DNA of 64,000 nucleotides, from NCBI GenBank assembly GCA_002269645.1, contig NIVC01003854.1, positions 1 through 64,000 on the forward strand, given 5' to 3'. The notes below the pieces were generated by a model. That model was not told where the DNA came from, did not search any database, and saw only the letters and a list, made by a program, of their open reading frames with translations. Shown in pieces: positions 1-19,745 of this stretch. The stretch comes from Macrostomum lignano. Taxonomy: Eukaryota. The number at the start of each line of letters is the position of its first letter. Within the stretch, counting starts at the first letter, position 1. A program made the translations under genes and the position numbers.

Positions 1-950
1 ATTGCCGGCAGTCGGGAGCGTTGGCCCAACTCTCCTGTGCTTTGAAGCCACCCACTGATTGATCCGAGTGGTGACAACGGCGGTGGGGTGCGGCAACGCG
101 ACACGTCGAATAGAGAGATGCTTAGGTTCTGACTGATAGTTATTTTGACTTTTGTTGCATATAGTATTTCTGAATGCTCGAATGGCTTTGTCTGCTAAGT
201 ACGTAATGTATGATACAGGGAATGATACCTGCTCCCCTTTGCGCTCCTGATAAATATATGAGAGAAATAATAAAAAATAGAAGGCATCTCAAGCTTGAGA
301 ACCACCATTAAGGACTTCGACTTGCATGGTAACGGATGTAACACCTAAATCGTCGTATACTAAGTTAAACTCCGTATATAGTAGTGTACAAACTGTGTGT
401 ACAAATTCTGTAGCAAACAGAAGCAAATAGAAAGGAAAACTTACATGCAAATATATAAAGGAAAACAAACTTACAAGCTGACATACTCTCTGTGTTAAAC
501 TTACAGCTCGCAATAAGCAGCAACACTATAATTTAAAACGTGTCTTTACTCAATTTCCGCTCTATTTAGTTGAGAAAAATTTACGAAAATTTCACCATAA
601 AAAAACAATTCATGGACTACGTATGCACTTAAGTTAACGCGAAAGCATTACATCTTGGCTGCTCTAAAGAGTAGTTGAGTACAGCATGTCCTTATTAGGA
701 GTGAGCTGCATAACGTTTAAAAGTGAATAAATTTCGGTACATCCATGTACAGTTTACATCATGGTGCAGCATTACATAATGCATTTACATGCAAAAAGAA
801 ACTCCTCGCATAACAAACAAAAAACGAAAAACGTCTTCAAAAGCAATGATGAGAAACAAAAATCATATCGTTATCACATGCAAAGACCTATTTTGTTACG
901 AAAGAAAAAGGCGCAATCACAAACTGATTGAAACAACCAATCTAAACCAT

Positions 951-8962
<8,012 letters not shown>

Positions 8963-10931
8963 CTTATCGGATGCTGATATCTATACAGGATGGGACTTAT
9001 TTGGTTTCCATTTAAAAGCTCATGTTCATCTGGAAAATCAATAAGTTTTTCATGCTGAACTTTTATAAATTGAAAATTGAGAATAAATTTATGTATTGTT
9101 ACTAGGAAGTTTTAACTGTATACTAGCTCGTAATTTACTAAATATTATTTATAATTATAAAACACATCAAAGATATGAATATACCAGAAGATAGAAGATA
9201 TAAGATATAAAATAGATTTAGTAATTCTGCTTTTATATAAAATCATTTAAAAATTATAATGATCAGAAATGTTAATACAGATCCCACTTAGAGTCTAGTG
9301 CTGTTTAGTTGAAAAAATAGGCACATTCCATTGTTATGGCCAGCTGAAGTACAAGTAGTCTTGTGGGCCTTCAATGCGAGATTTATAAGCAATTTATTAT
9401 ATTTATTTATTTCAAGGTTAAATATAGCATTTGTCTACTATAAGATACGGTGACATCTGCAGAAATATGTCTCAAATAGCCTATCAGAAATTTTTTTAAT
9501 AGTAACTCATTTATTTCTCATAAAAGACCTATTTCGTTTTAAAAAATGACAAAACAAACTTTAGTCTTCTTATTGGCATTAATTTTTTTGTTTCGTATAT
9601 ATCTCTATATTAGACTTTAATGTGACTAGTGTAACTACTCCTATATTCTAGTATAATTTGTCTGTCCTTATGTGAAATGGGGCAACTATAGGCAATCTTA
9701 GATAGTTTAAGTAAGCATTCTCCTCTACGACAACAGAAAGTCACAAAACGCTTGTAAATTTAGTATCCTAACTAACGATATCGAAATTTAGACACTCATG
9801 ATTTCACTTCAAATTACACACACAGTGACACACTTGCCGTCGTGCATTAAAATCGAATGTATTTTCCCACGGCAAAAAGTCGCTAGCGAGCTAAGCTTGG
9901 GTAGCAACAGATTAAAACAAATGATTGAGAAGACTATAATATTATCAAAAGAAGCAACGTGCACGCGTCATTATTACTTAGTTTTTAATTAATTAAAAAG
10001 TTTTGATGTCATATATAGCAGTATTTTCTAAAAAATTGTTGCGAGTCAGTAGAGATGTTTTTTTAACAGCGTGATCTGTAGAGTAGAGTTAAAAATTCTG
10101 CTAAGATCATTGGTACGTACAGCAGAGCAACGTATCTTTATTTTGCAAGTCCAGCTGTAGCGAGTAGCGCGTTTCTCCTACATAGTTGATTTCTAAAATG
10201 CTAAATTAAAAGTTTAAAAACATCCAGACAACTAACGCTGTTATTTTTCTTAAAGTCAGTTTGCTATACATCTTGAATAATCCTGCATCTGCATCCTCGA
10301 ATCCAAAGGTAATTACGCGTGTATTTTCACTAATTCTCAAGAAATTCTTCGATTGATTAATTAAAAAAGTAGAACTAACTGTAAATTTATTTGGAACTGT
10401 GACAAAATACTTCAGAGTTTTGCCGACTCTGATACAGTGTATGGTACCATTCGATACTGTATTTGTATGTAACAATATGCATATAGAGATGTACTATATT
10501 CAAAAGATCCCAGGACGTGAAATTGTAAAATCCTCAACTAAATTTGTTGTTCAAAAACTGTACAATCTTATTGCAGACACTTTATTTATTAGTAGTATTT
10601 TTGTAGTCTACATTAAAATTTGACAATAATTTATTGCAAAATACTATATGCTAAACAACAAATTGCATAGCTAAATCTCGCAAATACAAGAACTAACCAT
10701 TGTCCTGGTTTTTCATTAAACTAGGATTTATAGATTAGGATTCAGAAAACTGCCTATCTATGTGCTTCACTACTAGTACTGTCAAACCTAAAAAATCACA
10801 ATTCTTTATGAACAGGTCGCAGCAGTCGTTTAGGCTGAAGAATATCAGTGACTGAGGCAGCGTTACCGAAATAAATAACCATGACAGCCTTCACCTGACC
10901 AGGGCCTTCAACGGCTTCAAAGCCCACAATA

Positions 10932-13445
10932 ATGGGCAATCCAGCTCAGGGCAGTGAAGAATTTAAAAAACTAATTGCAGGGCTAATGACTATAATCTTC
11001 CAAGCACAAATTCTACCGACTGTCAGATTTTTTATTACTTCCACATTCTCAGATAAAAAACAAAGTTCGAATTCAAGTTGTCTGTTTATCAAATTGAATA
11101 AAAACAGATCAATCCCGACTACACGTCCACGTCCATGTAAGGCCAACCTGCAGACATGCTCATTGAGAGAAACGTGATGATGAACCAGGTCTATCTAAAA
11201 CTGAAACAGTTTTGTCGGGACAAACATGGCATTGCTTTTCAGGTGAGACATCATTTAGCAGTCTAAATCTACAGATCTAACAACTTCAGACTCTTCTAAC
11301 ACTGTTTGTGCACGATTTTCAGATAGTTGACACGCGCTGGGGCATTCAAGACACCAGCACAGAGGAGCTCACAGCTACGGAAATTTGTCTTGAAGAGGCC
11401 GCCAATTGTCAGCAGATATCCATGGGCCCACATTTCTTGGTGAGTTGAACTTACGAGCTGACTGTGACGTTGACGTTTTATTTTAATTCCGCATCCAGAC
11501 AGCAAGGGAGTTCATCAAGTGGAAGATAGCCCAATGCCAGACAGACGATCAGCTAGATTACTCCAAACCTGGATCACTGAGCAAAGAGCTGTACGATCGA
11601 TATCTCACTCTAAACTTGGTCTCGAGCGAGATGACCTTTGATGATTTTGCCAGCGACCCATATTATTGCCTCAACTTTTCGATGGCATTTTCCGCTTCAA
11701 CTATGTGCCATCCCGTAGTGATACTGGATCGGCCAAAGCACCCAAATCGCGCGGTAGTTCTGTACATTGTAGACAGTGTTCGTGATATCACAGGGGCATT
11801 CAGAAGAAATGCCATGAGCTGGCCGGGTCAGCTGGTTGTCTGCGACACTCGCGACTACAGAGTCCTGACAATTAGCAAAACATTCGATACAGGCGTCCTC
11901 TACCTGCTTGAAGACGGCTTGCATTGCATCACCTACCGGCTGAAGGTGTTCAACATCAAAACTGGAGAACTGGTGCGAGATCTCGACCCGACGAACAGCA
12001 TCATCCTCAAGGACATGCTGGTCACGCCCAACAGGAGTCTAGTGGTCGGCAAGAAATTTACGCCCAGTGACTCTGCTAATAATGAGTACCATGATCCGAT
12101 GAAGATTGTGCAGGTTAGTTACTCTTACGGGCTATATATCTTATTAATTACTTGTACTTGAGGCATATCGGCAGGGTATTCGCATGTTTTCGCCGGGGGG
12201 GGGGGTTCACAAACTCGAAATGTCACAACGTCGAAAGCACCTTCTTTCACAAGGTCGAAATTTCACAACATCGAGAATTTTAGCAAGAGACTTCATAAGT
12301 TCCAAATTTCACAACGTAGAAAACTTAAACAGCAGCCACTTTCATAAGGTTGAAACTTAACAAGGTCGAAATTTCACAACATCGAAAACTTTATCCAGAG
12401 ACTTCATAAGGTAGAAATTCACAGCGTTGAAAACTACTGTATGGTTCTTGTTAAATTAATTTTTCGACGTTGTGAAATTTCGAGCTTATGAAGTTTCGAC
12501 CTCGTGAAAGTGGCTGCTATTTGAGTTTTCGATGTTATGAAATTTCGACCTTGTGAAAGTGGCTGCTATTTGAGTTTTCTACGTTGTGAAATTTCGACCT
12601 TGTGAAAGTGGCTGCTATTTGAGTTTTCTACGTTGTGAAATTTCGACCTTGTGAAGTTTCGACCTTGTGAAATAATTTACTTGTCGACGTTGTGAAATTT
12701 CGACCTTGTGAAAGCACCCCGTTTTCGCCATGATCTTTTCTCGATTCACACATGATAAAATTGTGACCGTAAAAACTACTTTTCTGAGAACAGTAATGCA
12801 AATAAAACAACTACATTTCAGGCATTTAAAACCACCGACGGGTCAATGGTGTTTGATTATCACTTCGACGAGGAGCCATTTCGTATGTTGCTACCGCAGA
12901 ACGATCGCTTAGCGGTGCTTGCCGTCAAAAACTCCGTTCAACGGTTTGAGATTCTGTCGGACATTAGCATTGAGCAGTTGGCTGCCAACTTGGAGAACGC
13001 TGCTAAATCAGGTCACAAGAAGAAGGTCAACAACGACAAAATCCGAGCTAAAACAGTCAAATTTGGACAAGGCCATCAGGTCAACTCAGGTCAAATCGAA
13101 ACCAAATTAAGTCAGACTAAGGCCAGTAAAAGTACGAGTGCCGCTGCGGGAGTTGATGCATCCGATCAGAAAGGCCAGAAAAACGAAGTTCAGTCGTATC
13201 TAAAGGACGACTATACACGTTTTGTTCGTAAGCTCTCGTACTGCTCCGCTAAAGGCGGCATTTTATTTGTGTCTACACATATATGTAATTTGAAAGTGTA
13301 TTTTTACTTGGACTATCGGAATACCCCCCCCCCAGGCAATGTGCTCTCCGAGGGGTTCGCTATGGTTGCCGACGCTCGCCCAGACGATCCAATCGACTTC
13401 TTGGCCTCTTGGCTGCGGGATTACGGACAGAAGCACAGCTGCTGA
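10932..13445 (+). CDS. Internally deleted NWD-like paralog (mini-NWD, about 485 aa): N-domain + C-terminal propeller segment + Dpy-30 motif, no NACHT. Exons: 10932-11052, 11154-11242, 11323-11439, 11499-12113, 12822-13227, 13336-13445. Possibly a pseudogene
   Basis: Exons 2 and 3 have the same lengths (89 and 117 nt) and translate to the same motifs (DMLIERNVMMNQVYLKLKQFCRDKHGIAFQ / IVDTRWGIQDTSTEELTATEICLEEAANCQQISMGPHFL) as the - strand gene. The last three exons align to its C-terminus with conserved intron positions. The exon-1 donor reads AT instead of GT. Confidence 0.72.
12195..12720. mobile_element. Foldback/Mutator-like non-autonomous element in intron of the mini-NWD gene
   Basis: 9-bp TSD GTTTTCGCC at 12186-12194 and 12721-12729. 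Ends are G-run and CCCC. The left half has repeats of gtcgaaatttcacaac and the right half has their reverse complement gttgtgaaatttcgac. Confidence 0.8.
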
Positions 13446-14657
13446 GCTATACAGTTTAAACTTGTGCGAGACTCGTAAGACAATTGAGAAAACTGTCTTA
13501 GATCCTCTATATAGCTTTTATAGACGTTCTTTCTCTTAATTCTTTAATTGCAATATAAACTCATTGTTTACGTTCGATCTTAAAATTATTACACTATTTT
13601 TCTGACGTATATAATTTTTATTATTGCACATATACAGTGCTACGCTTACAATAGTTCATTTAATATATCTAGTCAGAATGAACTTTTGAAGAATTGTCAT
13701 TTCGACACCTTGTGTCTGCTGATTAACTGTACGATTTGCGATCAAAAGGTTTTGGTTAGCTAAATTGGGTTGAAGTTATTATAGTAAGCAGGGCTCATAC
13801 TATCCCAATTACTTTTGCCCGTCAATTTTGCACAAGAATTTTAAGTTAGTTACACATGTATTTTATAAACTGGTTAACATGGATAATCTATAGCTAGAAC
13901 TATTTTTACGGCTAGACGAGATGCGTTTTAGGATAATAAGACTTTGAGATTTAGTATATTGTGAATATAGTGCCAAATAAACATCTTACCTAGCTTACTG
14001 CTTACGAAAGTATATAGTTCGAATTATTCGTTTAAGCTTTTAATTTGCTAATAGATTTGCTATCGAATAAGATCGATAATGATTCGATCGCGATTTAAAT
14101 AAATGTGTCACTTTTTGCCTTTATTTATTATGGTTATAGCTGTATTTTATTATACTGTATGGCGCCTTGTTCGCGAAGTTTTTAATATTATTTTTTCGGT
14201 ACATGTATGTAATGCGTTATACTTTATTTCAAGGTTGAATTTTTTCTGACCCTTGCGCTTTTTCCTGTTAAACTCTTAAATACACTCAGTACTTGTAACA
14301 AATTTATAGCACATAAAATTTATATTTATAGAAAAACCTGATATACTATACTATATTATATATACTCCCTGAACAATAACTCGTACGAGTATGAACCGTC
14401 TGCAGCTTACTTAATTTCATTCGAAAAACTGTTCTTTTAGCAGAGTTCGACCACTAAACTGCTGAATCCAGAGGCCCAGAAAATTAAACGGCCATGGGCC
14501 ATCCATTCTCGACTTTTTGACTAGCTATACATGTAGTTAAATTGCTTAAAATTTGTCATAGGCATAGAGCATAAACTCACTCGCGGATCCAGGGGTCAAT
14601 AAGTGAGTAGGCTGACACCCCTAGGAAAAATCCTTGCATAGTGTACTCGTACATACA

Positions 14658-15010
14658 TTGGTCGACACCAGCGCCGAGGTCATGCAGAATCTTCCCCGTT
14701 GATGGTTCGAATGCCCGCTTTGCAGCCAACTGCTGCAGCCTCATCCGCACCTTCGGCACACGCCAGTTCACACTCGACCTCGGCATCAAGTGCTGCTCCT
14801 GGCCGTTCGTCCTGGCCGAGGTCTCTCACCTGCTTATCGGTGCCGAGTTGCTGCTGGTGGAACCTGCCGCACTGGCGCCTCCTGGACGCCCGCTCGGTCG
14901 CCAGCGTGCACCTTGCTGGCCCGCACTGCCAGCTGCTGGTCGAATTCCCCGCCCTAACTGAGCCCAGTTTCCAGCGGGCTGAGCTGCCCCATGAAATTGA
15001 GCTCCATATC
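14658..15010 (+). mobile_element. Decayed CsRn1-like Ty3/Gypsy element, protease region (5' part of host element)
   Basis: LVDTSAEV (retropepsin DTG-like), then AANCCSLIRTFGTRQFTLDLG...WPFVLAEVSHLLIGAELL and LLVEFPALTEPSF, frameshifted. It continues at 17944 after the nested insertion. Confidence 0.8.
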
Positions 15011-15136
15011 TGTAGTGCGCAGCCTATGCGTGTACAATGCCCTTTCTCTTGCTCTCTAGCCAACGTGCTCAGCACCCCAATGTATTGCGCAACTCATAGC
15101 TGCACGTCGGCAGCTGCGTGAATATACGCTCGTACA
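15011..15136 (+). repeat. 5' LTR (126 bp; about 55 bp of the U5 end deleted relative to the 3' LTR)
   Basis: Matches 17758-17873 with 3 mismatches by eye and ends in TACA immediately before the PBS. Confidence 0.88.
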
Positions 15137-15985
15137 ATGGCGTCGCAGCTAAACTTACCAAGCCCAGCGCGCTTGGACCTGCGAACAGACCCCAACACGG
15201 CTCAGACCAAACGGAAAAAGTGGTACGCACAATTTGAACTTTTCGCTGTGGCTGCAAACATCGAAGACAAAAAGCGACTTCGCCAGCTTCTGCTGTATAC
15301 AGCCGGAGAGGACTTGCAGACGATCGCGGCCGGTCTCTGCGACAAAGAGGCAGCAGGCAAAGACGTCGAAACACTTGTAGCCGCGCTTAACGACTACTTC
15401 GACAGCAAGCGGAATCTCCCGTTCACCCGCTATCAGTTCAGGTTGTGCACGCAGCGGTCTGGCGAGCCCATCAACGAATGGCTCCAGCGCCTCAAAGATG
15501 CTGCCGACTGCTGCGGCTTCGAGGGCCTCAGAGACTCCCTGATCCGTGACCAGGTGATCGACGGCTGCAGTTCACAGCAGCTTCGCCGCAAGCTGCTAGC
15601 GATCGACAATGTCGACCTGGAGCAGGCGCTTCGGGTGGCCAGAGCCATGAAGACAGCAGAGACTCAGGCAAGCCTCATAGAATCTAACGAGGCGGCGGTA
15701 CAGCGACTTCGACTTCGAGACACTGGTGCAGCGGCCTCATCAGCAGAGCGCCTAGTCAAGGGACCAGCCAAGCAGCAGCCAGGCAAGCAAACCACGTGCA
15801 TCAGATGCGGAGTCCCGGGCCACCGCACATGCAACGCAGCCAGAGGCAAGACGTGCGAGCGCTGCGGAAAGCGAAATCACTTGGCGAGGGCCTGCCTCTC
15901 CCGGCCGTTGGAAGTCGTCCGCGCCCTGCAGGCCGACAGCGACAGCTCAGAGCCGGAGGGCAGCATCTTCTGTCTGACCGTGGCG
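15137..15985 (+). CDS. Gypsy gag with two CCHC-like zinc knuckles, truncated at the internal deletion
   Basis: ORF 15137..16171. Contains LLYTAG, FRLCTQRSGEPINEWLQRL, IRDQVIDG, CIRCGVPGH and CERCGKRNHLARAC. Confidence 0.85.
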
Positions 15986-15989
15986 GCCA

Positions 15990-17410
15990 CCGGGACGGCT
16001 ACAGCGGGCGCCCGCACTTCGATATCTACACCGACCACAAGCCGCTGCTCGGGATCTACAGAGCAGACTCAAGGCCGCCGCCCCGGCTCGAGCGTATCAT
16101 GCTGCAGACCCAGCACTTCACGTTCACACTGCACTACCGCAAAGGCGAGGACAACTCGGCAGACCCGCTGAGCCGCAATCCGCTGACAAGTGCATCGTCG
16201 CACAAAGACGAGACTGAGGACACCAGACTGTGCAACGCCATTGTCTAAGCGGCCACCCCAAAGGGCCTGACCGTCGACAGGATCCGGGCTGCGACCGAGA
16301 GAGACCCAGCTCTGGTGGTCGTCATGCGCGCCTTGGAAACAGGAAACTGGAGCTGCGGCGCGGCGAGCCCGGCGCACAGTTTTTGGTCCCTCAAAGACGA
16401 ACTGAGCGTCCACGCGAGCCTTCTGCTCCGGGGGAACAGAATCGTGATCCCGGCAGAGCTTCAGCAGCTTACGATCGGTTTAGCGCACCAGGGCCACCTC
16501 GGACAGAAGAAGACGTGCGACCGACTGCAGCGTAAGGTCTGGTGGCCCGGCATGTCCAAGCAGGTCGAGGCGGTCGTCACTAACTGCCTCCCGTGCCAAG
16601 CGGCCCGGACCGACGGCGCCGTGAAACACCCGCCGATGCAGCCGACGCCGCTTCCGTCGGGGGCCTGGCAATCGCTCAGCGTCGACGTGTGCGGACCATT
16701 CCCAACGGGCGAGAACGTAGTGGTCTTGGTGGACTACTTCAGCCGCTACCCGGACCTCTACGTGGTGCGAAGCCTCACCAGCGCCAGCGTCATCAACTGC
16801 GTCATTGCCTCATTCAGCCGCTTCGGTGTGCCGCAGCAGATCACTACGGACAACGCCACCTACTTCACGAGCGAGGAATTCAACGTGTTTCTGGACGGCC
16901 TCGGGGTTCGACAGCGCAGGGTCACCCCGCTCTACCCGGCGGCGAACGGCGAGGTGGAGCGCTTCAACCGCAGCCTCAACAAGGCCATCAACGCCTCCAC
17001 GGCCGAAGGCAACGACTGGCGGCAAGCGATCCACGAGTGGCTGCTCGGATACCGCAACTCTGTGCACCGAGGCACCGACCGCACGCCCAACAACCTCATG
17101 TTTAACCGAGAAACCGGTGACATCCTGCCATCCGGCCTGACAAAGCAAACCGACAGCTCCGGACGGCAGCTGCGGCGCCACGACCGCGGCTACAAGCAGG
17201 CAATGCGCAAGGCGGCCGACGCGGCGATCGGCTGCACCACACGGCATCCTGGCAGGCGCCCGCGTGCTGCTCAGAAACCGCGGCAAGGCCAAGCTGCGCT
17301 GTCCGTTCGACCCGCGGCCTTGGCTTGTCAAGTTAGTCAGTGGCGACGCCCTGACTCTGCAACGCGGCACGGCAGTCATTCGGCGGCATGTGACCGAGAC
17401 GAAGCCGCTT
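15990..17410 (+). pseudogene. Gypsy pol remnant: RNase H C-terminus + integrase, with one in-frame stop (16246-16248) and a C-terminal frameshift
   Basis: HFDIYTDHKPLLGIY...YRKGEDNSADPLSR, HHCC (AHQGH...CLPCQ), and DDE motifs SVDVCGP / TTDNATYF / NGEVERFNRSL. Confidence 0.9.
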
Positions 17411-17757
17411 CGTGAGTGCCCCTGGGACCTCGACGAGCTGAACGGCGATCAGCGGCCGGGGGCGCCTGCGACGGAGGCAAATTCGGCCAACGACGGTCCG
17501 ATTGCACAGAGGCCTCATCCCAGGACAGCAAAGCAGCCCGTCTGCTACAAGCAGTGACTTAATTCGAACTGAGCCGGAACGCTGTCAAAGATCGGCATGC
17601 TTTAATTGTTTAAGTATTTAAACGTTCGAAAACCGAAAATTTTGCTACTGTTTTACTATTATTTTTTTTAAATCCTTTACATCATTTCTCGTCCAATTTT
17701 CGCAATGAAATTTTAAACCCTCTCGTATTGGACTTTACTTTTGCTTTAGGGGAGAGA

Positions 17758-17938
17758 TGTAGTGCGCAGCCTATGCGTGTACAATGCCCTTTCTCTTCCT
17801 CTCTAGCCAAAGTGCTCAGCACCCAAATGTATTGCGCAACTCATAGCTGCACGTCGGCAGCTGCGTGAATATATATCGCAAATATACGGCTCTTAGAGGC
17901 CAACTTGCTTACCCGCCAAGCGGACTACGAGCACTACA
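17758..17938 (+). repeat. 3' LTR (181 bp)
   Basis: TG...CA ends with an 8-bp terminal inverted repeat, preceded by the PPT and followed by the TSD. Confidence 0.9.
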
Positions 17939-17943
17939 ATATC

Positions 17944-19745
17944 CCAACGTACATGTAGGGCCTCCAGTCCACGCCCGCTCTAGCGGCCTGCCGCCGGGCA
18001 AGCTGGCGGTGGCCAAGGAGGAGTTCCAGCTCCTGGAGCAGCTCGGTATCGTGCGCCGCTCAAACAACCCGAGGTCCTCACCGCTGCATATGATGCCCAA
18101 GGCATCCGGCGGCTGGCTGGACTGCGGCGATTTCAAGCGGCTTCTTCTCGGCGACTTCTCGGCCCGCCTGGCCGGCTGCTCGATCTTCTCCAAGATGGAT
18201 CTCGTGCGTGGCTACCACCAGGTGCCCGTGGCCGCAGCTGACGTGCCCACCCTGTTTGGCCTCTTCGAATTCCTGCGAATGCCGTTCGGCCTTAAGTACA
18301 CTGCCCAGGCCTTACAGCTTCTGGTGGACTCACTGTGCCAGGATCTCGACTTCGTCCTCGCCTACATCGACGACTTCCTGGTCGCTAGCCACAGCCTGCA
18401 GCAGCACCTGGAGCACCTGCACACACTGTATCTAGCGCCTAGCCGACAACGGCCTCATTGTCAACTCAGTCGAATGCGAGTTCAGCCGCAACGAGATTGA
18501 TCTCCTTCTTCAGCCGGCAGCTCCGCGAGCTGCTCGCCCTGTACCTGGCGGTCCGGCATTTCCGCTACTCTTTCGAGGGCCGCGCGTTCACCGCTTTCAC
18601 GGACCACAGCCGCTGGTTGCCGCAATGTCCAAAATGTCTGCTGCGTGGTCCGCCCGGCAGCAGCGCCACCTGGCCTACGTGTCCGAGTTCACCACGGACA
18701 TCTAGCACGTGACGGGCAAGGACAACTCGGTCCTATACGCGCTGTCCCGCTGCACGGTCTCTTCGGTGCAGCCCCGGGTGCTCCCCGCGTGAATTTCACG
18801 GCCATGGCGCAGGCGCAGGCGGCCGATACGGCCAGTCAGGCCGACTTCGGCCTCCAACTTGAGCCGCTGCAGCTCAGCCCCGGTGTCGCCCTGCTCTCCG
18901 ACATCTCCAAGGGCCGGCCGCGCCCGTTGGTGCCGCCTGCCAGACGGCCAAAGTTCAGCGGCACGTCACCGCCCCTGTGGTTGGCATCCGCGTCCCGGAC
19001 CAGCGCTTCGCCAACGTGCACGTCGACCTGGTGGGGCCGCTCCCGCCTTCGCAAGGCTTCACGCACCCATCGTAGTTCACCCGGTGGCCGGAGGCGATCC
19101 CGATGACCGACTGCCTCCGCCTTCATCGCCCACATCGCCCACATCGCCAGGTTTGGAGTGCCGAGCGACATCACTTCGGACCGCGGTTCGCAGTTAACGT
19201 CGCAGCTGTTTGGTCAAACGTCTGACGGCTCCTCGGAATTCAGCTGGACCGGACAACGGCTTTCCACCCGCAGGCGAACGGGCTGGTCGAGCGTTTCCAC
19301 TGGCAGCTGAAAGCCTCCCTCATGGCGCGATTGGCCGGACCAGCCTGGGTCAGCGAGCTGCCCTGGGTGCTGCTCGGCATCCGGACGGCCCCCAAGGAGG
19401 ACCTGCCGGCATCGTCGGCCGAGCTGGTCTACGGAGCACCCCTCTGCGTGCCTGGCGAGTGCCTGCAGCCCGGCCCGCCGGCCACGACCACGACCAGTTC
19501 CTCGCCCGGCTCCGCGGTGCCGTCCAGACATTCCGGCCGCCCTCGACGCCTGCCAGTTCGTTTTCGTCCGGCTCGACGGCCACCGCCCCCCCCCCGCTGC
19601 AGCGACCTTATGACGGCCCGTTCAAGGTCCTCGAGCGGGATGCCAAAGCTTTCCTGCTGGAATTGGGCACTCGACGCGACCGGGTGTCAGCTTGGAGAGG
19701 CTTAGGCCAGCCGTCATCGATGCGGTCGACCCTGTGCACGGTTGA
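17944..19745 (+). mobile_element. Decayed CsRn1-like Ty3/Gypsy pol (RT, RNase H, integrase fragments), 3' part of host element
   Basis: GPPVHAR...KLAVAKEEF...SSPLHMMPK...CGDFKRL, FSKMDLVRGYHQVP, MPFGLK, AYIDDFLV, RELLALYLAVRHFR, HVDLVGPLPPSQGF, ITSDRGSQ, LPWVLLGIRTAPKEDL and PYDGPFKVL. Many frameshifts and deletions; no LTRs found. Confidence 0.88.

Larger units (their letters stand above)
15011..17938 (+). mobile_element. Mag-like Ty3/Gypsy LTR retrotransposon, internally deleted (no PR/RT), nested in another Gypsy
   Basis: 5-bp TSD ATATC (15006-15010, 17939-17943), terminal inverted TGTAGTGC...GCACTACA, PBS TGGCGTCGCAG at 15138, and PPT AGGGGAGAGA before 17758. Contains gag, an RNase H tail and integrase. 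Confidence 0.92.

Noticed and set aside
11053-11153. U12-type AT-AC intron explaining the AT donor
   Set aside because: Lacks the ATATCCT 5' consensus and ends in AG. The paralog intron is an ordinary GT-AG.
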